A stretch of DNA of 64,000 bases, taken from sequence record NC_027402.1; one strand, given 5' to 3'. Shown here in pieces: positions 17,353-24,500 of the stretch (position 1 is its first letter; the number at the start of each line of letters is the position of its first letter). The position numbers were made by a program, and so were the translations under genes. Under the pieces are notes generated by a model. The model was not told the DNA's origin, did no database searches, and saw only the letters and a list, made by a program, of their open reading frames with translations.

Positions 17353-18259
17353 TGTTCGCCGCCCGTTTACGCTTAGCAGAAATTACACGGTTGATGTAGT
17401 TATACGCATCAACGCCGATAGAACGCGCCAGGCGATTACAGCCGACTTCCAATATCTCTGGCGCGTTCTGAATTTGCTCCTGCGTACCGTCGGCGTTAAG
17501 CCACAGCACTTCACTGCACGTGTTGCACTCGGTATCGAACATTTTACTGATTGCAAGCCCACATTCAGAATCGTTCTGCATGTTAAGGCGTTCGATATTG
17601 TCGAGTATTTTCCAATACCCGTACATGAAGTTCATGACGTGGTCCGGCGATAACGGTTTCGGCATCATCGCATCAAACAACAACGACACACCACCTGGAC
17701 GGTAATGATAGATTGCTCGGTGCAGCTCGATGAAATCTTCGTACCAGCGTTTATCACCTAACTGGTCACGCGTCATCACACCCCAGGTGTAATAGTTGTC
17801 CAGCTCGTACAGCACTTCCAGCGCTTCATGATTACCACCGTTTACAAAGTTCATAAACGGACGTTCCGACTTCTTGTAGCCGTCAATGGACACAAAGATA
17901 AGGTCGAACTGTTTCAGCAACGGCAGATGTGATTTACGCATCTTTAAACCGTTGGTGTACATGTGATGACGGAGGTTCGGATGAGACTCCTTCAACTCGT
18001 TCACGAAGTCTTCAATCTTGCGCTGCGCTAACAGCGGCTCACCACCCGTCCAATGAATCTCACCGATATCCGGATTCTTCTCTAAAATCGAGAGAATCTC
18101 TTCACGTTGAAACTCACGAGAAGTATCTTCTCTATCCATGTAATAAGCCCCTCCACAGAAGCTACAGTCTAAGTTACACTTAGAAGTTGCGACAACCGAC
18201 AGAATTGACGGTTTGTCGTACAGTTCAGACGAGATCCTGGATTCTACTTGATCTGTCAT
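17345..18259 (-). CDS. Second, shorter radical SAM enzyme
   Basis: CNLDCSFC, WTGGEPLL, YTNG, VSIDG; only CNTC...C at the C-terminus. Confidence 0.88.
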   Translation of the reverse strand: MTDQVESRISSELYDKPSILSVVATSKCNLDCSFCGGAYYMDREDTSREFQREEILSILEKNPDIGEIHWTGGEPLLAQRKIEDFVNELKESHPNLRHHMYTNGLKMRKSHLPLLKQFDLIFVSIDGYKKSERPFMNFVNGGNHEALEVLYELDNYYTWGVMTRDQLGDKRWYEDFIELHRAIYHYRPGGVSLLFDAMMPKPLSPDHVMNFMYGYWKILDNIERLNMQNDSECGLAISKMFDTECNTCSEVLWLNADGTQEQIQNAPEILEVGCNRLARSIGVDAYNYINRVISAKRKRAANNE

Positions 18260-18280
18260 TGCAGGTTGCTCCAGTATTTT

Positions 18281-19168
18281 TTAAATATAATCAATGGCGA
18301 ATAAAGGATCTTCGTCTACATTAGCGCCAGGCACCAGTAACATCGGGTCGTGATAGGCAGCTAAAATTTTGTTCAAGTCGGCATGTCTTTCGTTCAAGCG
18401 TTTCAAATCGGCCAACGTTACCGAACGACTACGAATCTCAGAAACAGCTTCTGCTTCTTCTTTCGTTAAATCCACCTTCGTTAAGAGGAAGCTTACCAGC
18501 TTACTCAAATCCGCTTCTGTCGCCGGGTAGTCCCCATATCGGGTTTGAACCAGGTGTTGCATCCACGGCTTACGAATGCGTTTGGTGATTTCAAAATCGT
18601 CAGTCAACGCATACCAGACAGAACGCTTTTTATCCCACACGAACTTATAGCTATACGCCATCATGTCCGCTAAACGGGTGATGCCGAGTTCTTTATATCC
18701 CTCGATATCGATGTACGGTTCGGTGTCGAAATACGTTTCCGTATCGGCAGGTACCAGTACAAAGTAGTAAGGGAACGAGCCCAGATAGTCCGGACTCCAC
18801 CAACGGCGCGCCATCGGTTTTGCTTCGAGTTCGTCAAACGGTGTAAACATCAGTTCTAAATCGACACTGTTGTTCAGAATCCCTTCACTGAAGAAATACT
18901 TACCGTCAACCAACACGCCGCGAGAGTTACCATCGCCGTTAAAGATAACGATGGCCTCTGCAACCATATCACGGATCTTAAACGTATTTTCTACGGTGTA
19001 GTTCTTCTTGTCGGTCAAGAAGCGACCACGAACCTTTGGCCACTCACCAGGAATCTGTGCAATCAGTCTGACTTTGTCAGCGAGGTGTGCACGCACCGAA
19101 TCTGGGGAAGATAGATGCAGCGGGTGGTTGAATGTGGTTTTATACGCAAGATGCAAATCGTTTTTCAT
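18281..19168 (-). CDS. Hypothetical protein between the CXXX peptides and the radical SAM genes
   Basis: 295 aa ORF with GGAG SD; no family recognised. Confidence 0.6.
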   Translation of the reverse strand: MKNDLHLAYKTTFNHPLHLSSPDSVRAHLADKVRLIAQIPGEWPKVRGRFLTDKKNYTVENTFKIRDMVAEAIVIFNGDGNSRGVLVDGKYFFSEGILNNSVDLELMFTPFDELEAKPMARRWWSPDYLGSFPYYFVLVPADTETYFDTEPYIDIEGYKELGITRLADMMAYSYKFVWDKKRSVWYALTDDFEITKRIRKPWMQHLVQTRYGDYPATEADLSKLVSFLLTKVDLTKEEAEAVSEIRSRSVTLADLKRLNERHADLNKILAAYHDPMLLVPGANVDEDPLFAIDYI

Positions 19169-19190
19169 TTAATACTCCGAACGTTTTCTG

Positions 19191-19397
19191 TTATCGATTC
19201 CCCGCTCCACGGCTACAGCTTCCGCTGCAGGACCAGCTACACCCACCATTACAGTTATAGTGAGAAAGCGGTAAGCCAGCCAGGTTATTTGTGGTCGACA
19301 CGGTGCCCTGGTTAGCGATATAGTTGTTTGCCTGTGCGGTTGTAATGTAACCTTCTGCCGTAACGAGACGGTTTCGAATAGTCTTGAGACTGATCAC
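19191..19397 (-). CDS. CXXX-repeat precursor-like peptide 3 (68 aa, 4 Cys)
   Basis: GGAGG SD and GTG start; 48-aa leader ISLKTIRNRL..., core CNGGCSWSCSGSCSRGAGNR. Confidence 0.8.
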   Translation of the reverse strand: MISLKTIRNRLVTAEGYITTAQANNYIANQGTVSTTNNLAGLPLSHYNCNGGCSWSCSGSCSRGAGNR

Positions 19398-19412
19398 ATA
19401 AGCCTCCGTCAG

Positions 19413-19817
19413 TTAGGAGTTAGGACCTGAACAACCACCAGAGCACGCACCTGAGCAGTTTGCGGAGCAGGATTTACCACAACCCCCAGAACAGCTGCCT
19501 GTGCACGTGCCGCTACAACCACCAGAGCACGAAGAGCTACAGCCCGTGCAGCTGCTGCTACAGCCTGATACACAGTTTGCCGAACAAGTCGACCCACAAC
19601 CGCCCGTAGCAGACCCAGTACATCCGCCAGAACAACTCGAGCAACTAAAAGAGCATGTTCCACCACAGTCATAGTGCGAACGACCTTGACCTGCGAACAA
19701 GTCAGCGTTATTCGTAGCTTTATTGCGAATGTAGTTTTGCACATTCGTGGTATTCTTTAGAGCGTTTGCATCGATCGTGTTTAATCGGTTATTCAGTTCT
19801 TTTAATCCAATTGCCAT
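19413..19817 (-). CDS. CXXX-repeat precursor-like peptide 2 (134 aa, 20 Cys)
   Basis: 50-aa leader, then a Cys/Ser/Gly core starting CGGTCSFSC. Confidence 0.88.
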   Translation of the reverse strand: MAIGLKELNNRLNTIDANALKNTTNVQNYIRNKATNNADLFAGQGRSHYDCGGTCSFSCSSCSGGCTGSATGGCGSTCSANCVSGCSSSCTGCSSSCSGGCSGTCTGSCSGGCGKSCSANCSGACSGGCSGPNS

Positions 19818-19827
19818 TTAATCCCCC

Positions 19828-20220
19828 TTAGCGACCTGAACAGCCGCCGGAGCAGGCCCCGGAACAACTGGAAGAACATGAGCCACCGCAACCACCTGTG
19901 CAGTTACCGGTACAGCTACTACTGCAACCACCAGAACAACCAGAGCAACCAGAACAGTTACCGCCACACGTCGAAGAACAGCTACCGATACAAGAAGCAG
20001 AACAGCTTCCTGAACAGCTCGAACAGCCATGCGAGCAACCGTTAGAGCACGTCCAAGAACATGTCCCGCCGCAATCTAGCTGTGCTTTCGTCCAACCCCC
20101 AAATCGGTCTGCCGCGTTATGGGCTTTAGAGGCCACTTGCGCGTCGATACGGGGGCCTGTCGCCATGTTAGCTTCGACTATCTGGACGCGGTTTCTGACG
20201 TCTTTAATAGATATCGCCAT
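19828..20220 (-). CDS. CXXX-repeat precursor-like peptide 1 (130 aa, 21 Cys)
   Basis: AGGAAG SD; 49-aa leader, then a Cys/Ser/Gly core starting CGGTCSWTC. Confidence 0.88.
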   Translation of the reverse strand: MAISIKDVRNRVQIVEANMATGPRIDAQVASKAHNAADRFGGWTKAQLDCGGTCSWTCSNGCSHGCSSCSGSCSASCIGSCSSTCGGNCSGCSGCSGGCSSSCTGNCTGGCGGSCSSSCSGACSGGCSGR

Positions 20221-20241
20221 TACGCTTCCTTAAAAAGTAGA

Positions 20242-20278
20242 ACGAGCGGACTATGTCCATAAACATAGTCCGGCTCGT
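20242..20278 (-). promoter_or_regulatory. Long bulged hairpin immediately upstream of the CXXX peptide genes
   Basis: - strand ACGAGC-C-GGACTATGT-TTATGG-ACATAGTCC-GCTCGT, then TCTACTTTTT; contains TATG twice. Confidence 0.55.
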
Positions 20279-20285
20279 AAACAAG

Positions 20286-21488
20286 TTACTTAGTACCCGC
20301 TTCAGCTTGAACATCGTCGCGCGAGGTGAGGTTGTTGTTGACGTGAACAGCAGCCTGCACAACACCGCCATACTGTTTATGGAGGTAATTCGGGTGTGGG
20401 TTATCCGCAGCCGCATGGTTCGCCAGATTCTGGTTTGCCTGCGAAATTGCGTTGGTGTTGTTTACAACCTGAGTTTTAAGACTGTTGATTTGTCCTTGCA
20501 GGTTATCAATTTGCTGTTGGAAGTCTTTGCCCTGATTCTCAAGATCCGTGACGCGCTGATTCGTTTCATTCAGTGCAGACTGAAGATCGTTAACCTTCTT
20601 CTGTAATTGCAACACCAGAGAATTAAGGTTAGCTAATGCTAACGACATTTTCTGGTAATTTTGAGCAACTACATTAAGCTGGTCGTTCCACGCGGCTAAC
20701 GAAGCCACAACTGCATCGATGCGTTGCCCCAACGCCGTGTCTGCTGCTCTTAAGTCGCCGATATCTTTGATGGTGGCGTCAATGGCAGTCTGTACACTTT
20801 GAATCAAAGCACGAATCTCCGTCTCCGTCAGGCCATTAACCTGATGAATGTCGAGATTGTGTACGTTACCTTCGGCGTTGATGTGGGTATTTAAGGCATC
20901 GAGGAAGTCGTTTTTCAGACCGTCCAGAATACCTTTAATTTCTTCCAGCTGTACTGCAGAGCCGGAGTTAATCGCATCTTTAATCCCCGCGAGTACGGTA
21001 ATGATATACTCAAAACCGTAGATATCGCCAAGGTCTTTATACGTCGGTGCGGACGGGAACGTATCGGGTACGTTCCGAAGATCCTTGAAGTCCACCACAC
21101 GGTCTTCAATTTTCAAAGATGCAATCGCTTGTCGGATGCCTTCGACGTTCGCGGACTGAAAACCACCAACGACTTGCGCAGAGACTTCGATATCAGTAGG
21201 AATGGCCGAGTTAGTTACCACCACACCCATGACCACTTCGCGGTTCTTGGTCATTTTCTGATATGCAGTATGTGCAAAAATCAGCTCGTAGTCTGTACCG
21301 CGTTTGTACGGGTAGACACCTGGTTTATTCGCAGCCGCCAAGCGGAAGGTATCCGCGTAGAAAGCTCCGTCAGGAAATGCAAAAGCCCGGTTAACTTTAC
21401 CAGAACCTAACGTAATACGCCGCGTAACGGCGTTCGACGTTAATGTCCCGGTAAGGTCAAGCGGGTACTGATAAATGATTTCGGCCAT
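20286..21488 (-). CDS. Coiled-coil tail-fibre-like protein (400 aa)
   Basis: Start moved to MAEII (AAGGAG SD); YPLDLTG N-terminus like the large fibres, long heptad region, HAAADNPHPNY fibre motif. Confidence 0.7.
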   Translation of the reverse strand: MAEIIYQYPLDLTGTLTSNAVTRRITLGSGKVNRAFAFPDGAFYADTFRLAAANKPGVYPYKRGTDYELIFAHTAYQKMTKNREVVMGVVVTNSAIPTDIEVSAQVVGGFQSANVEGIRQAIASLKIEDRVVDFKDLRNVPDTFPSAPTYKDLGDIYGFEYIITVLAGIKDAINSGSAVQLEEIKGILDGLKNDFLDALNTHINAEGNVHNLDIHQVNGLTETEIRALIQSVQTAIDATIKDIGDLRAADTALGQRIDAVVASLAAWNDQLNVVAQNYQKMSLALANLNSLVLQLQKKVNDLQSALNETNQRVTDLENQGKDFQQQIDNLQGQINSLKTQVVNNTNAISQANQNLANHAAADNPHPNYLHKQYGGVVQAAVHVNNNLTSRDDVQAEAGTK

Positions 21489-21535
21489 TGCCAAACTCCT
21501 TTGATTGGGGCTTCCTTGCCCCATAGCGCCATCTG

Positions 21536-24500
21536 TTAGGTACGGAACATAAGATTGACCTGGATAACATCAGGCTGTTGACGTCCTCTCTCGTTCACCC
21601 AATCATGCGCAATCGTTAACGTAAGATTATCGCCATCCCACGACATGATCGGCGGTGGGAATAAACCCTGAGCACCTGTGGTAACAACCGGGATTGCACC
21701 TGCCACATTCGTAAACGTATAGCTACGACTGTTCAGAACAACCGGTGTGCCGTGGGTCTCTCCCGGATGTGGTAAGATTTGAATCTTACTATCCGAAAGA
21801 TCGGTGGTGATTGGTAGTCCCCCAGCGTCCGTGAAAAGCCAAGAGCAAATATGCTGTTTAGCTGTTTCGAGCGCTGAAGAACTTACCGACGCGACAAACG
21901 TAAAGGTGCACGGCACGCCTGCTGGCAGAGAGTGCTGTTTGTGGTGCACGGTATGTGGTGACGGCAATAACACTTCTGGGTTTTCGTCAATGTTAACATC
22001 CGTACCTTCCGCTTCGACGTTGTAGAAAAAGCCATCCACCGCCTCCCATGGGGCAACGTGGACATTAAAGGTCGTTTCTACTCCCGGTGTACCTGGGACG
22101 ACGAATTTACTTTGCACCACCACCATCAGGTTTGTTGAAGTCGGAGCGAAAGCGGGCGTTGGAATACCTACCCACTCCATTCCCAACGATGCCGCTTCAC
22201 CGTTCTCATCGGCCGTTACCGTCGCAATTGTTGTAGGATGTTTCCAAAACGCCCCCGACTTGTTTGCCTGAGTAAACGCCGGCAAAGTTTTCAAGCCTTC
22301 GAAACGTTTGGACACCATCGCTTTACCGCGACGCTGTGCGTCAGATACGGTATAAAGCAACTGACTATCTAGATAGCCTTTCGTAGCATCGACTGACAAA
22401 GGACCCATCGCTTCTTTACGCAATGGTGCCAGTCTGCCCGTTGCTGCATCCCTTCCCACTTCCACATCATGCTTATTCTCAACCGCCGCATGTTCCAACA
22501 GCTGTTTTACCGCCCCCAATCGCTTAGCATGGTCGACGTTAGTCTCGACGACTCGCGACGAGCCCGTTTTAACATACCCGATGTATAGTTCCGTTTCAGT
22601 GTCTGGATGTTGAACCACGTCCATTACGTACTTCGGTGTACCATTTTCTACCTTAGCGTGCAGGTAGAATGTCCGGTTCTGATGGTTTGTTGGAAATGCT
22701 TCGCTGAGGTCAATATACCACGTAGGCAGCTTATAAGTGCTCGAGCCGAAACGCAGGTTAACTTCCTCAGTCACATATACCAGCCAACCTTCGGCTGTTT
22801 CCACACCAGCAATGACGACCGATTCAGTCGGGCCACTAAAATTAGGAGCCGTAACAAAATCTCTCGACGACGTTGCGATACCACCACAGTAGACGTAGTT
22901 GAGAGATGAGTTGTGCAGCATCACCTGATCACGATGAGCCAGATAAGCTGGGCTGACTGGAGTGTGTGACGGTGCCATACGCCCAACGCCGTGTGGAGCA
23001 GAAGAACGCGTCCAGGTACCATTAGACAGCGTAAGACCAACAGCGTAGTTAAGCGCACCCAAGTCGCCAATCTGCTGCAAAGTTAACGTGTGTGGAAGAT
23101 ACAACCCGAACTGCGTACCATCTACCGACACCAAGGTAGGTTGTCCCGGCCGGCGTGTTTTTCCTCCCGTTATCTCACCCAACGTAGCGTACTTCAAGCC
23201 ATAGTCGAGGTTGTTATAGAAGTCAAACAATGTCAATATCGCCGCGGGGAATGTTACCTGCCCGTTGCTGATTGTTGGTTTCAGTGTAAAGTAGTAGATA
23301 TCCAACACGTTAACATTGTTCACAGTACGTGTACATGCTACTTGTGCTAATGTGAGCGGTGTGGCTGTACCGATACCGATGAACCAAACGGAGAACAGTG
23401 CCTTTCCTGCGTTATTTGCGGCAAGGATATATTCCGAAGCATAACCATTCGCAGCGCCTGCCGGTGCTCCGTCGATGATCATCTGCTTCATCTTATTCCA
23501 TTCAGCTTGTGACAGCGTCAATCGATCGGCATGAATCGTGAAAGTGCCGGAAACGTTGTGGTAAGGGAATGTTTCTGGTCCTGTGCAATACCAGCCGTTT
23601 AACTCTGTACCAGGCGACGCCGGTGTAACAATGTGGCACATCTGCGACAGATTCTCATACGTGATAGAATCTACTAGACGACGATTGTTAGTTGGGCCAT
23701 ACCCCGCCTTACCTGAGTAAGTGGTGTTCGGATCAAACTCAACTTCAATTGCCAAGCGGGAACGCGGCTGTGACAACCAGATAAGTCTGGAATCCGCTCC
23801 CAGAGTCAGCGGATACGCCATACCCAGCTCGTAGATAGAACCACGTCCCTGGTTTAACGTTACCACACTAAACCTTCTGGCAGTGAAGTTGTAGTCGCAC
23901 GACAGGTACTCGTACCAACTCACACCGTCATCTAACGTTGTAATCACGACAATTGGCATTAGGTCACGATCGCCGGCATGTCCTTGCGAAACGATATATT
24001 TGTCTTGCGATGTTGCAAAGGTTTGGTTATTAGCTTGACCTTCGCCCCACTTCCGGCTCGGAATCCCAATCTCAGCACCACCGTTATAACGAACCGCGGT
24101 AAGATCAGCCACAATAGGGAATCGATCGGCACCTTCCAGCGTTACCGTCATTGAACTGCAATCAACAACAAAGCTTGACACCCATTGTTTAAAGTTAATA
24201 GTTTGCCCTGTAGTAGAAGCAAACCAGACTGTTGGCGTTAAACCAACACGAAAGTTCAGCCCATCCACAGCAATCGCGTGATTACATTCCGGACCATGTA
24301 CAAAGTTGGTTGCATTGTTCCACTTCGCTAACGCGTCTGCGTAGATCTGTGTAACTGGTGCTGGGAGCGCATCGGAAGGTGCACGTTTCTGTCCCTGTCG
24401 CAGATAAACGTTTTCACCCGACGTTAATATCCCGCCTGTTAACGCATCCGCCACAAACGTGTTGCTACCACCCGGATTAAGTTCGTTGAGTGCGATGCTA

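Noticed and set aside
16024-18259. Radical SAM genes as NrdG, QueE or viperin-type enzymes
   Set aside because: No nrdD or que genes are nearby. The SPASM-type Cys pattern and adjacent CXXX peptides fit peptide maturases better, though this is less certain for the shorter enzyme.
19191-20220. CRISPR array or DNA tandem repeat in the repetitive peptide region
   Set aside because: The repetition is at protein level with varied codons; there is no constant repeat-spacer structure.
19409-20233. Alternative-frame ORFs over the Cys-rich genes (19409-19744, 19818-20030, and + strand 19898-20233 with PEQ repeats)
   Set aside because: They are shadows of the low-complexity Cys/Ser/Gly codons. The Cys frames have SDs, mutual homology and operon spacing.
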